Assembly (NCBI GenBank): GCA_963849325.1
Contig: CAWKHF010000012.1
Coordinates: 352,001 to 416,000 of the forward strand
DNA from: an uncultured Planctomycetota bacterium
GTDB lineage: Bacteria; Planctomycetota; Planctomycetia; Gemmatales; Gemmataceae
Length of the DNA stretch: 64,000 nucleotides
Reading direction: 5' to 3'
Shown: piece by piece, positions 35,812 to 47,115 of the stretch
Layout: every line of letters starts with the position of its first letter
Position numbering within the stretch: the stretch's first letter is position 1
Notes under the pieces: model-generated
What the model was told of the DNA's origin: nothing
The model's database searches: none
What the model saw: only the letters and a program-made list of their open reading frames with translations
Translations under genes and position numbers: made by a program

Positions 35812-37608
35812 AGGAGTTCCACTTCGCCAAGGTGTTTCCCTGGATGGTGGTCGGCACGGCCGGCCTCTTCCTGGTCTTCACCATGATCCCGCCCGGACCC
35901 GGAGCGGGCAAAATGGACCTGGAGGAGTTCGGCGGCATCCCCGTGGTGGACGGCGGCCGCGTCAAACCGCTGGACACGGTTGCCCGCACCACCCTGATGA
36001 TTCTCAGCAACCGGCAGACCTACCGCGACGACAAGGACCAGTCCCAGCCGGCCATCCAGTGGCTGTTGCAGGTCATGACCAGCCCGGACACCTCGACGCG
36101 GCAGAAGGTCTTCCGCATCGAGAACGATCAAGTGCTGGCCCTGCTCGGCCTCAAGCCGCGCGAAGGGCTGCGCTATGCCATCGATGAATTCATCGGCAAG
36201 ATCGACGTGATCCGCGACAAGGCCATCGCCGCCCAGAAGGTCAAGCCCGACCGCCGCGACCTCTTCCAGGACAAGATCATCGAGTTGGCCAAGCACCTGG
36301 AGCTGTATAGCGAGTTAGCCCGTCTGGAAAGTCCGCTGATGGTGCCGCCGCAACAGAAGGGCGACCAATGGCAGTCGCTGTTGCAGGCGATGGTCGAACG
36401 TCGCAGGAACGGCGCGGACAACCCCGCCACGATGTCGCTGGCCGCTCTGCTGCACTCGTACAGCCACGGCGACGCCAAGATGTTCAACGAGACGCTCGCC
36501 GACTACCGCAAGCAGATCGACAAGCAGCTCCCGGCCGAGAGCCGGCGAACCGACTTTGAAGTGTTCTTCAACCACTTCGCCCCGTTCTATCAGTGTACGC
36601 TCTTGTACGTGCTGGTCTTTCTGCTGGCCTGCGTATCGTGGTTCGGCTGGTCCGAGCCGCTGAACCGTTCGGCGTTCTGGCTGGCGGTGCTGACGCTGGT
36701 GGTCCACACCTGGGCGCTGCTGTCGCGCATGTACCTGATGGACCGCTGGTTCGTGTTCGTGACGAACCTGTATTCGTCGGCGGTGTTCATCGGCTGGGGC
36801 TGCGTGGTACTTGGCTTGGTCCTGGAATGGCTCTTTCACCGGGGCATCGGCAACGTCGCGGCGGCCGTCCTGGGAGGCGCTGACCCTGCTGATCGCCCAC
36901 CACCTCGGCGGCAGCGGCGACACGCTGGAGATGATGCAGGCGGTGCTGGACACGAATTTCTGGCTGGCGACGCACGTCACCTGCGTGACGATGGGCTACA
37001 CGGCGACGTTCGTGGCCGGAACGCTCGGGATCCTCTACATCCTTTGCGGTGTCTTGTCTCCCGCCCTGGATCGTTCGCTGGCCAAGGTGTTGGCGACCGC
37101 GCTGTACGCCGTCGTCTGCTTCGCCACGCTGTTGAGCTTCACCGGCACGGTGCTGGGCGGCATCTGGGCCGATCAGTCGTGGGGCCGCTTCTGGGGCTGG
37201 GATCCCAAGGAGAACGGCGCCATGCTGATCGTCATCTGGAACGCCCTGATCCTGCACGCGCGCTGGGGCGGAATGGTCAAGCCGCGCGGCATGGCGGTGC
37301 TGGCCGTCATCGGCAACATGGTCACGGGTTGGTCGTGGTTCGGCACCAATCAGTTGCAGGTCGGTCTGCACTCCTACGGCTTCAGCAACACGCTGGCGGT
37401 CGGCCTCGTCATCGGCTGGGCGCTGCACGCCGGCGTGCTCGTCATGGGCCTGCTGCCGCTGCGCTGGTGGGGCAGTTATCAAGCGCTGACGGCTCCCGTG
37501 CGTCCGATCGAAGCCACGCCGCCGCGTCCCGAGCCGTCCTTTGGCAAGCGCCGCGCCAAGCGTGCCGCGAAGTCGGGCGATCCCGGCTTCTTCGCGGGAC
37601 CGGCGTAA
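35808..37608 (+). CDS. ccsA: CcsA/ResC cytochrome c assembly protein; indel near 36875
   Basis: WLATHV, WWD motif GIWADQSWGRFWGWDPKE, GLHSYG. Confidence 0.92.
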
Positions 37609-37629
37609 TACACGTTTCCGGTGATAGTA

Positions 37630-37691
37630 TCTTGTTTAGCCGCGACGCGCAGCGGAGCGCGCGCTCCGCTGCGCGTCGCGGCTAAACGAGA
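37630..37691. repeat. REP-like palindrome family A, loopless
   Basis: Perfect 54-bp palindrome 37634-37687; overlaps the sulfotransferase 3' end. Confidence 0.9.
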
Positions 37692-38451
37692 CACCATCCC
37701 GGGGACGGGTATCCGAGCGATCGGCTTCCACACACAGATCCCGGTAACATTGCACCACCTCGGCCGACGCTCCGGCTTCACCGAGTTCGTCCATCGTCAC
37801 GCGATGGTGGACCAGCGACGGCTTGATCCGAGCACAGGCCCGTTCCAGGCGCGAGGCCGCCGTCGGGATGCGGAACGATTCCAGCACGCGCCGCAGTTCC
37901 GCGCAGGGGTCGAGGAAGTAACTTTCATAGTGGGTGACGATTCGTTCCTCGGGCGGCGCCGCGGCCAGCGCGCTTCGGTTGTAAGTCAGCCAGAGATCGA
38001 ACGACTCGGCGAAGGACATGCCGTCGCGTGCGCACAGCGATTCCGCCACGGCCAGAGGATTGCGGACGCAGATCAGCACCTTGGTCTGAGGCAGGACGCT
38101 TCGCCACAACGGCAGAGTGAGGCAGTTGCGCGGGTCTTTCCAACCCCACGGCTCGCGTCTCCGGAACCTCCGGGCCAGCTTCGCCGCCTGATTGCGAAAA
38201 CGACGAACGCGCCGCTCGTCCTCCCAGATGGCCGGGCCGAGAAGGGGAGGACGGTCCCAACTTCCGCCCAGCTCCTTCAGGAACGAGTCGTTCACTCGCA
38301 GGAACGAGCGATTTTCCCAGAACCCGTCCGGGTTACTCGGGGCGGGAGGCAGCAGGTCGTTCTCCGAACCGAGGTCGAGACCGCAACCCTGAAGGAGACC
38401 GGCGATCATGGAAGTGCCCGAGCGATGCATCCCGGCGAGACACAGTGGCAT
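37636..38451 (-). CDS. Sulfotransferase-family protein
   Basis: GMHRSGTS (PAPS loop), NPDGFWE, WGWKDPR, VRNPLAVAESL. Confidence 0.88.
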   Translation of the reverse strand: MPLCLAGMHRSGTSMIAGLLQGCGLDLGSENDLLPPAPSNPDGFWENRSFLRVNDSFLKELGGSWDRPPLLGPAIWEDERRVRRFRNQAAKLARRFRRREPWGWKDPRNCLTLPLWRSVLPQTKVLICVRNPLAVAESLCARDGMSFAESFDLWLTYNRSALAAAPPEERIVTHYESYFLDPCAELRRVLESFRIPTAASRLERACARIKPSLVHHRVTMDELGEAGASAEVVQCYRDLCVEADRSDTRPRDGVSFSRDAQRSARSAARRG

Positions 38452-38583
38452 GGGGGACCTCGGGCGACGGCGCGGCGAATAACGGAGGGAGTGATAACAT
38501 GATGTCGGCCCCGAGGTCAACCAGAAGCGAAGGACTTAATGAGAGTTACAGCGATTGCTTCATGAGAAGAGGATGAGAAGGAG

Positions 38584-39726
38584 TCACCGCTTCGGTTCGG
38601 CCGCATCGACCGTCACGCCCAGGCCCGGTCCCTCCGGCACAAACAAGCGATCCGCCTCGTAGCGGAGCGGTTGACGCGACAAGGTTTGCTCGAAGTACAC
38701 CGGCCCGATGAGATCGCCCGGGAAGCGCTCGCAGCACACGTTGGGCGTGGCGACGGCGACGTGGGCCATGGCTGCCGTCGCTACCTCGCGTTCGAGGTTG
38801 CTGCCGATCGTGCAGGGCAGGCCGGCCGCCTCGGCGAGACGAGCGATGGCCTGCGTCGCGCGGATGCCGCCGTGCTTGCCCGGATACAGGCTGAGCACGT
38901 CCGCCGCTCCGGCGCGGATCACTTCCAGGGCGTCGCGCAGCGTGAACACGCTCTCGTCGGCCATGATCGGCACGCCGCTGCGCCGCCGCACCTCGGCCAT
39001 GGCGACGTGATCGCCGCGCCGCGTCGGCTGCTCGAACAGCGCCACGTCCAGCTTCTCGAAGCGACGCGCCGCCCAGATCGCCTGATCGACCGTGTAGCCG
39101 CCGTTGGCGTCCACCGAGAGAAGCACGTCCGGGCCGATGGCCTCGCGCACCGCTCGCAGCCGCTCGACGTCCACGCGTGGATGTTCGTGCCGGCCGACTT
39201 TCACCTTGATCGCGCGCCAGCCTTGATCGACCATCCGCCGGGCGCGCTCGGCCGCCAGGTCCGGCTCGACGGCGCCGACGACGAACTTCAGGCGAATGCC
39301 GAGATCGCCGCCCGGAGACGGCGCGTCGCGGCCGCCGAGCAGTTTGTATACCGGCACGCCGAGGGTCTGCCCTTGCAGGTCGAGCAGGGCCATCTCAACC
39401 GCCGCCCGAGCGAAGCTGTTGCCGAACGCCGCTCGCTCCATCCGCCGCTCGATCCACTCCGTGTCGAAGGGGTCGGCGCCGATCACCAGCGGCGCGAGCA
39501 CCTCGCGGACCAGGGCGATCGTCCCGGCCTGCGTCTCGCCGCTCCATACGCTGGTGACACTTGCCTCGCCGAGTCCGACGCGGCCCTCCTCGTCGGCGAT
39601 GCGCACCAGCACGTATTGACCGACGACGTGGGAGCCGAGGGAGCTGACGATGGCGATGTCCGGGCGGATGTGACCGAAGATCGGCTCGGCGGAAACGGAG
39701 ATGATCGACATGTCGAGTTCGCTCAC
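38584..39726 (-). CDS. Enolase-superfamily enzyme (muconate cycloisomerase / dipeptide epimerase-like)
   Basis: GRVGLGE, AAVEMALLDL, KxK (IKVKVG), DAN, EQP, ADE, KHGG. Confidence 0.9.
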   Translation of the reverse strand: MSELDMSIISVSAEPIFGHIRPDIAIVSSLGSHVVGQYVLVRIADEEGRVGLGEASVTSVWSGETQAGTIALVREVLAPLVIGADPFDTEWIERRMERAAFGNSFARAAVEMALLDLQGQTLGVPVYKLLGGRDAPSPGGDLGIRLKFVVGAVEPDLAAERARRMVDQGWRAIKVKVGRHEHPRVDVERLRAVREAIGPDVLLSVDANGGYTVDQAIWAARRFEKLDVALFEQPTRRGDHVAMAEVRRRSGVPIMADESVFTLRDALEVIRAGAADVLSLYPGKHGGIRATQAIARLAEAAGLPCTIGSNLEREVATAAMAHVAVATPNVCCERFPGDLIGPVYFEQTLSRQPLRYEADRLFVPEGPGLGVTVDAAEPKR

Positions 39727-39732
39727 CGTGTT

Positions 39733-39792
39733 TCCGAGCCGCGAGCGTCAGCGAGCGGTGGATGGCCCGCTCGCTGACGCTCGCGGCTCGGA
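39733..39792. repeat. REP-like palindrome related to family B
   Basis: tccgagccgcgagcgtcagcgagcgg...ccgctcgctgacgctcgcggctcgga. Confidence 0.85.
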
Positions 39793-39809
39793 CAGATCGC
39801 CCTGTGGGT

Positions 39810-41298
39810 CTACGGCGAGAAGCGCCATCCCAGCGCGCGCCCAGGATGAGATAGCCGCCGTGCAGGGCGAAGATGGCCGCCATCAGCGTCAGCAGCAGTC
39901 GCGTGGTTTGCAGGATGCGCGACGCGCTCTGGGCACAGACCGGCAGCGCCGCGTGCTGACGTCGTCGATGCTGTCGCCGAGGTTGGTCAGCGCCCTCTCC
40001 TGATCGTCCAACTCCATCTGCAACTGTTCGGTCAGCAGGGGTAGCGCCGACGAAATAGTTCGACTCAACGTAAGGGTGTGTTGCAGCGACGCCTCGTATT
40101 CGGCGCGATGCGTCAGCACGTGCTTGAGCTGCCCCTGGGTATTCCGCAGAAGAATGGAGGATCGGCCCAGGTTCTTGCGCAGTTCCGGCCAGCGCTGCAT
40201 CGCGGACTCGACGCCCTTCTGCGTCTGCCGCAGCAAGGCGCCGACTTCCTTCAGCCGTCCCGTGTCGCGCAGGATTTTCGACAGGGAGGACGCCAGGCGC
40301 GGCAGTTCGTCGGCCAGACGGGCGGCGTGCTCCGGCACGTTCTTCAACAGCGCCTCGACCTTGTCCTGTTGCTTGAGGGCCGTGGCCAGCGCCTCGCGCG
40401 TGGTGGTAGCGGCCTTGCGGCTTTCCTCCAGCGATTGCCGCAGCTTGGGCAAGTCCTTGGACAACAGTTCCATCTCCTCGGCCGCCGCCGTCGCTCCCTT
40501 GGCCGCCTTGCGCATGCCGTCGGCGATCTTACCGCCTTCCGGCCAGAACATCCGCTGCTCGACGGACGGCTTGAGGCCGTTGAACGTCACCACCGGGTAC
40601 GAGTAGCCGGACAGTCGCTCCACCTGCTCGGCGCCGGTGCTCAGCGAATCCTCCAGTCCCTTGAAGCCGTCGTGCATCGTATCGATGCGTTCCAACTTGA
40701 GCAGGCGGTGCATCCGCTCCAGCCCCTGGTCGAACTGGACCAGGCTGTCGTGGATGTCGCGCGCCGCCTTCAAGTCGGGCGGCGCCGCGCGCAGCAGGGC
40801 GCTGAGCCGCTGGGCGTCGGTGCGCAGGTCGGCGCTCGTCTTGTCCAGCTCGCCGGCGGCCTTGTCGGCGGCCGGTCCCACCTGGTTTTCGAGAAAGTCC
40901 GCCGCTACTTTCAGCCCCTGGCCGAACTGTTGCACTCCCTTGGGGTCCATCGTGTCGGACAGACCGTCCAGGCCGTTGGCCACGTCTCCCAGCGCCTCGC
41001 TCAGCGTGCGCACGGTGGTGTAATCGATCTGTTGCGTCTTCAATTGATCGTTGACGAAGTGCATTTCCGTCTGCAAGCGCTGGGCCAACTCTTGCACCTG
41101 GGGCCGGCGTTCGCGCAAAGTGCGAAGCTGATCGCGGAGCCGCTGAACTTGTCCGCTCGTCTGCTGCGTGACGCGCTCGGCCCGGCTCATGGTGTCCTCG
41201 ACCTCGCCGGAACCGGGCAGTTGGAAGGCGAAGTACACCAGGACGCCGGCCGACAGCACTTCCAGCACTCCCAGCAACAGAAAGACGATACGGCGCAT
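39810..41298 (-). CDS. Membrane protein with N- and C-terminal TMs around a ~400-aa helical/coiled-coil domain; indels near the 3' end
   Basis: Hydrophobic N-terminus, heptad-rich body, LTLMAAIFALHGGYLILG in the shifted frame. Confidence 0.7.
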
Positions 41299-41336
41299 GA
41301 CAGACGCCCCCGGAAAGAAAGAATGCCCCTACTACA

Positions 41337-41395
41337 AGCCCGGAGCGCAAGCGACGGGTGATGCGAACCCGAACCCGTCGCTTGCGCTCCGGGCT
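41337..41395. repeat. REP-like palindrome family C
   Basis: agcccggagcgcaagcgacggg...cccgtcgcttgcgctccgggct; second copy at 58530. Confidence 0.88.
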
Positions 41396-41469
41396 GGTGG
41401 GTTATTCGCTCCCATTTCTATTCTACCCGCGAAACGTCGGGTAAGAGTGTGTTCCGCCGGCGATGTCAA

Positions 41470-41498
41470 TTGTTTCACGGCGGAGGCAGTTGTATTAT
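41470..41498 (+). promoter_or_regulatory. Candidate sigma-70 promoter for the signalling locus
   Basis: TTGTTT-17 bp-TATTAT. Confidence 0.45.
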
Positions 41499-41531
41499 TG
41501 AAAACGAGCAGCGACCTCGCGGGAGTGAGTT

Positions 41532-42472
41532 ATGGCCCTCGTCAGCCGCATTTACTTCAACGCCGTCTTCGGGGCGCTGGGCGGGCTGCTCGGCTGGATG
41601 CTGTTCGGCGTCTTCGGCGACAAGAACGCTCCCGATTCGGCCGTCACCCGTCAGCTGCTCCTGGGCGGCGCCCTCATCGGCGGCGCCATCGGCTATTTCG
41701 TCGTCAGCGTCGAGGCCATCCGCGACCGCTCCCTGCTCCGCTTCGTGCGCCTGGCCTCCTACGGCGTCGTCCTCGGTCTGCTGGGCGGCGCCGTCGGCAT
41801 CCTCATCGGCGACTGGGTCAATTACCGCCTGGTCGGTCGAATCGGCGCCAGCCGGCAGGGCGACGTTCTGGACACTTGCTGGCCACCATGTTCGCGCGCG
41901 GCCTGGGCTGGATGTTCCTGGGCGTGGCGGTCGGCGTCAGCGAGGGCATCGCCGCGCGGTCGCTGGGCAAGTTCAGCTATGGCACACTCGGCGGCGCCCT
42001 CGGCGGCTTCGTCGGCGGCATGTTGTTCGGACTGGCCCTGGAGAAGGCCAACGCCAGCGGCGGGCACGCTTCCCTGTGGGGCGCCGTCGGCCTGATCATC
42101 CTCGGCGCCTGCATCGGCTCGCTGTCGGCCCTGGTGCAGGGCGTCTTTCAGCCGGCCTCGGTCAAGGTGCTGCGCGGCTGGCAGGAGGGCCGCGAGTATC
42201 CCCTGACAAGACCGACAACCTGCTCGGCCGCGACGAGCACGCCGACATCGCCCTGTTCCGCGACATGAAGGTCGAGAAGAACCACGCTATCATTCAGCGC
42301 GAGGGGCAGCGCTATTTGCTGCGTGAACAACAACGCGCCGCCGGAGTGCACGCGCGTCAACGACAAGGCCGTCTTGCAATGCTGCGACCTGCACGACGGC
42401 GACCGCATCCAGCTGGGCAACGTCCTCCTGCGCTTCCAGATGCGGGCGGCCCAGCAACGACGAAGAAAATGA
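41532..42472 (+). CDS. Multi-TM Gly-rich membrane protein with C-terminal FHA domain (A1); indels
   Basis: About 7 GxxxG-rich TMs; GREYP..LLGRDEHADIALF.D..VEKNHA..LHDGDRIQLG. Confidence 0.82.
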
Positions 42473-42524
42473 GGATGGCAGCGAGGGGAATTCCGATCGC
42501 TCCATCCTGCCCTTGAGAGAGTGT

Positions 42525-44335
42525 ATGGTCCAAACCTGTCCCCGTTGCCAGCGTGCCAACCCGCGCGAAGCGGTCTTACTGCTACTTCGACGGCATCGTG
42601 TTGCGAGCAGGGCGGCGTGGGAACGGCGTCGCCGTCCCAGCTGCCGCAGGAGTTCGTCTTTCCGTCGGGCCGGCGCTGCAAGACCTTCGACGAGCTGGTG
42701 CAGGGCTGCCAGTACGAATGGGAGGACGCCCGCCAGCTGCTGCACAACGGCGACTTCGCGCGCTATTTCGCCCACATCGGACCGGCACGACCTCGCGCGT
42801 GCCGCCCGGGAGAATCAGGACCAGGCCGACCCCGACATCGCCCTGCACAGCTTTCTCGGCCATCTGCCCGCCGGCCAGGTCCAGGGACCACGTCTCGACC
42901 TGAACCCGCGCCGCCTCATGCTCGGCGGCGTCCGCCCCGGCGAGCAGCGGCAAATCTCCGCTGACCGTCAGCAACCAGGGCAAGGGGCTGCTCCAGGGCA
43001 AGGTGACCGTCTCCGAGGGCGGGCAGTGGCTGAAGATCGTCGGGAGTGCCAGCCCGACGGAATGTGCCCTCAAGACGGCGCGGACGCAGCCGATCAACCT
43101 GCACGTCGATGCCCGCGGCCTGACGGCCCCGCAGACCTACAGCGGCAAACTGACGGTCATCACCAACGGCGGCATCGCCGAGGTGGCCGTGCGCCTCGAC
43201 GTGGTGAGCCTGCCGTTCGCGCAAGCCGCCGTTCCAGGGGGCGGCCAGTCCGCGGCAGATGGCCGAGCGCATGCGCGGCCATCCCAAGCAGGCGGTGCCG
43301 CTGCTGGAGAGCGGCGAGATCGCCCGCTGGTTCCAGGCCAACGGCTGGACCTATCCGGTGGCCGGCCAGCCGGCCAGGGCGTCGCCGCCGTGCAGCAGTT
43401 CTTCGAGGGCATGGGCCTGTCCAAGCCGCCGCCCTTGCAGCTGTCCGAGCACGAGCTTTCACTTCGTCTGCACGCCGCCCGAAGGTCATCCAGGCCAAGG
43501 TGACGCTGCGCACCACGCGCCAAGAAATGGGTCTACGCCCAGGCCGACACCGAACGGCCCTGGCTGCGCGTCACCACGCCCAACGTCAGCGGGCCGCAGC
43601 AAACGCAGATCGCCTTCGAGGTCGATTCGACCCTCCTGGACGCCGGCGGCTCGCATCAGGGCAACGTGCAGATCGTCGCCAACGCCGGGCAGAAGCTGGC
43701 GGTGCGCGTGCAGGTCGAGTGCCATCGGCCGCACGAGCCGTTCACGCGCCGTCGGCTGCGGCCGTTCTTCGTCGGGGCGCTGTTGGCCCTGCTGCTGCGG
43801 CTGCTGCTGACCGGGCCTGCCGACCTGTACGCCCGCGGCTGGGGCCAGTCCGGCGCGCCGCCTGGTCGCTGGCGCCGCTGGGTCTACACCACGGGCACCG
43901 AGAACAGCTTTCTTCGGCTGTTCGTGCTGGCGACCTGGTGGGTGGGCATCTTTCTCGGCGCGGCCCTGGTCTGGCGGCGCGGCGGCCGGCTGACCGACGT
44001 GGGCTGCGGCGCCGTCGCCGGCGCCTTCGCCGGCGTCCTCGGCTCGGCCACGCTCGGCTGTCTGCTGCTGGTCTTCGACGCCGTGCCGCGGCGCCTTGCT
44101 CAGCCGTCTCGCGGCCCGATCATGCCTTCGCCGCCGCGCCGGCTTCTGGATGCTGTTGTGGATGGTGCTGGCCTCGGCTGTGCTGGGCGGTCCTGGGCGG
44201 CGGGGCCGGCTTTCTGCTGTCGGGACTGGGCCAGCGCGGGCTGCGCTGGCTCAGTGCCGCGGCCGGGCCCCTCGCCTGGCTGTTCCGCTGTGCGGCTTCG
44301 AGCGCGCCGCCTCGTTTTTCGTCCTGCAAGGATGA
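42525..44335 (+). CDS. Zn-ribbon + helical + Ig-like + multi-TM protein (B1); many indels
   Basis: MVQTCPRC..ANPREA.YCYFDG, FVFPSGRRCKTFDEL, NGWTYPV, AVQQFFE, PWL-type Ig motif, C-terminal TMs. Confidence 0.72.
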
Positions 44336-44613
44336 CGACAGGCGGCCGCTTGCGGCTTCAATTTTGCGTTTCTCGGCAGGAACTGCTACAGCCAGGCAAG
44401 ACAGGACTCTGGTCCAGAGAAAGCTCGAAAACCGACCTGTTGCCGGCGCCGTTCTGGTATGTTAAAAATGGTCTGTTTCCACCTGCTCTCGTCCGGAAGG
44501 ACCTTGGCGATCGGCGGTAGTTGAACGTCCGTGCTTCGCCTCCCGGTCTGGTTGGATTCCAGAAGGCGGATTCCTCGGGTTCGTCTGCCCTTGTTCCAGG
44601 ACACCACACCACC

Positions 44614-45919
44614 ATGACGTCACCATCCTCGCAAGCCAAGATCCACATCGAGCGCATGATGTACCGCAGCAGCATCGCCGTGGCGGGCGAGTCGGCGGCC
44701 AGCTACGCCCTCGTCAAGCTCATCCCCGCCGGCGGCGGGGCCAGCAAGCCGCTCGACCTCAACCTGGCCCTGGTCCTCGACGTCAGCGGCTCGATGTACG
44801 AGGAAGACGGCACCGGCATCAGCCGCCTCAAGCGCATCCAGGACGCCGCCATCGCCGCCATCGAGCAAGCTCAAGGCCGACGACACCCTCGCCATCGTCG
44901 CCTTCGCCCACAACGCCCAGGTCGTCCTGCCGCCGACCAGCGTTGTCCGAGAAGGCCAAGATCGAGGACGTCATCCGCAAGATCGACATGTTCGACGTCG
45001 ATCCGGGCGGCACGGCCATGGACCAGGGCATCGAGCTGGGCATGGGCGAGGTCGAGAAGCACGCTCGGCGCCGGGCAAGCTGTCGCAGCTGGTCGTGCTG
45101 ACCGACGGCGAGACCTCCGGCGAGCAGACCTGCCGGCAGCTGGCCGAGCAGGCCGGCCAGAAGAAGATCCGCTTCAACGTCATCGGCGTCGGCACCGAGT
45201 GGAACCAGAGCCTCATCAAGGACCTGGCCAAGCTGGCCGAGGGCGAATGGGGCTACATCGACGTCAACGACGCCTCGGCCGCCGAGCGCGTCTTCGTCGC
45301 AGCAGTTCGAGGCGCTGGCCGCCGCCGGCTTCCTCAACGTCGAGATGCACCTGCGAGCCATGAAGGACATCAAGATCAAGCGCGTCCGCCAGGTCGTGCC
45401 GGAGATCAAGGAGCTGCCGACCAACGAGCCGGAGGAGCGCCACCTGGTCGCCGCCCTGGGCACGCTGGAGCGCGACAAGCCGACTCGCTACATCCTCGAC
45501 CTGAGCCTGCCGAAGCGGCCCGACGGCAAGTTCCGCATCGCCGACATCGAGATCACCTTCGACCCCGGCACCGGCAAGCGCGAGACGACCGGGCCGTATC
45601 CGCTGGAGGTGACGTACACGTCGGCCGGGCAGGGCTACGTCAACGCCGAGGTGGCCCGGCACATCGACGAGGTGCAGATCTTCGAGCTGAACAAGAACCT
45701 GCAACAGGCCATCGCCGACGCAACAACCAGGCCGAGGTCCAGCGGGTGGCCCAGAGCATCGAGAAGAAGGGCGAGGTGATGGGGCCGCGCGCCGCCAAGA
45801 AGACGATGCTGGCCAAGCAGGTGTTGCAGGAGCTGAACGTCGGCGGCCGCGTCTCCAAGAAGACGCAGCTGGCCATGGACGACATGACGCGGGCCGTCGA
45901 GGAAACGCCGCCCGGATAA
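44614..45919 (+). CDS. vWA-domain protein with C-terminal beta and helical extension; indels
   Basis: MIDAS LVLDVSGSM, GGTAM, VLTDGE, IGVGTEWN. Confidence 0.88.
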
Positions 45920-45920
45920 A

Positions 45921-46034
45921 TCAGTTGTCAGTTGTCGCGTTGTCAGTTGTCAGTTAAAGAAGGCACTCCATTTACTGACAACTGACAACGGACAGACTGA
46001 CAACTGCGGACGACAATTGACAACTGACAACTGA
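45921..46034. repeat. Inverted heptamer arrays (TCAGTTG)n ... (CAACTGA)n
   Basis: tcagttgtcagttgtc.. at 45921-45955 and ..ctgacaactgacaac.. at 45974-46034. Confidence 0.85.
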
Positions 46035-46044
46035 GGTTTCCATC

Positions 46045-46862
46045 ATGCTGAAGTGTCCTTTTTGCCATTTCAACAACGAGGACGGCGCGCTGTTCTGCGA
46101 GCAGTGCAAGTCCGACCTGGCCGGCGCCGTCGCCACCGCCGCGTCCGCGCCCACGCCGAGGCGATCCCGATGCGAAGCCATCCCCAGCGCCGCCCCGATC
46201 GCTCGTGGAAGCGATAGCGGAACCGTTGTCGGCCGATGCCTTACGAGGCCATCCCGCTGGCCTCCGCCGAAACGCTGCCTCTGGAGGCGCAACCTCTGGA
46301 GGCGGAACCGCTGCCGGCCGTGCCGATGGCCCTGGAGCCGACCGCAACGCCGGAAGCTCACCCCGTCGAGGCGCAGCCGGTCGAGGCGCATCCGGTCGCC
46401 GAGGCGCACCCCGTCGCAACCGCCGCCCCCGCCACCCGCTCCGGCTCCGGCCGCGCCTGCTGGCCGCCGGCCCCATCGGCTCCGCCCCGCAGCCTCGGCA
46501 CCGGCCGCGCCCTGCCGCGCCGCCGTTCTGCCTCCGGGCGCCCAGCCCGCGTTTGCTCGTCCTGCGCGGTCAGAAACGCAACGTCGAGTACCCCGTCTAC
46601 GAGGGACTCAACTTCATCGGCCGCGCCGACGAGAAGCCGGTGGACATCGACCTGGAAGACCAGGAGCCGCCCGATCGCATCTGGTGCTCGCGCCAGCACG
46701 CCTGCCTCAGCTTCGAGAACAACGAGCTGTATCGTCGAAGACCTCAACAGCGCCAACGGCACCTACGTCAACCGGACGCGCATCTACCCCGGACAGAAGC
46801 GAGCGCTGGCCCCCAGCGACATCATCCAGATCGGCAACGTCCAGATGAAGGTCGTCGTCTGA
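46045..46862 (+). CDS. Zn-ribbon + Pro/Ala/Glu-rich linker + FHA protein; indels
   Basis: CPFC..N..GALFCEQC; NFIGRAD..CSRQHA..EDLNSANGTYVN..DIIQIG. Confidence 0.88.
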
Positions 46863-46888
46863 GACACGTCCCGCCCGAGCGTTGTCTC

Positions 46889-46957
46889 GTTTCGCCGCGA
46901 CGCCGCAGCGGAAGCGCGTGAGCCTTGCCCGCGCTCCGCTGCGCGTCGCGGCTAACA
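46889..46957. repeat. REP-like palindrome family A, degenerate copy
   Basis: gtttcgccgcgacgccgcagcgga...tccgctgcgcgtcgcggctaac. Confidence 0.8.
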
Positions 46958-46988
46958 CGGTGACAGCATCGCCCGCCCGTCTACATGG

Positions 46989-47017
46989 TTGAACGTCCGT
47001 TTCGACCGTGCCATAAT
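46989..47017 (+). promoter_or_regulatory. Sigma-70-type internal promoter
   Basis: TTGAAC-17 bp-CATAAT with extended -10 TGn. Confidence 0.6.
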
Positions 47018-47115
47018 CAACGGAATGAATCGCTTCCTTCGATCGAGAAGTCCGGCGGGGTGACGCGGTGCGGCCCCGGTCGCACGACCGGGACCCTAGT
47101 GCATCGGACAACGTC

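Noticed and set aside
22891-46034. CRISPR arrays at the 9-mer and 7-mer repeats
   Set aside because: The units are short and contiguous, have no unique spacers and occur as inverted pairs; no cas genes
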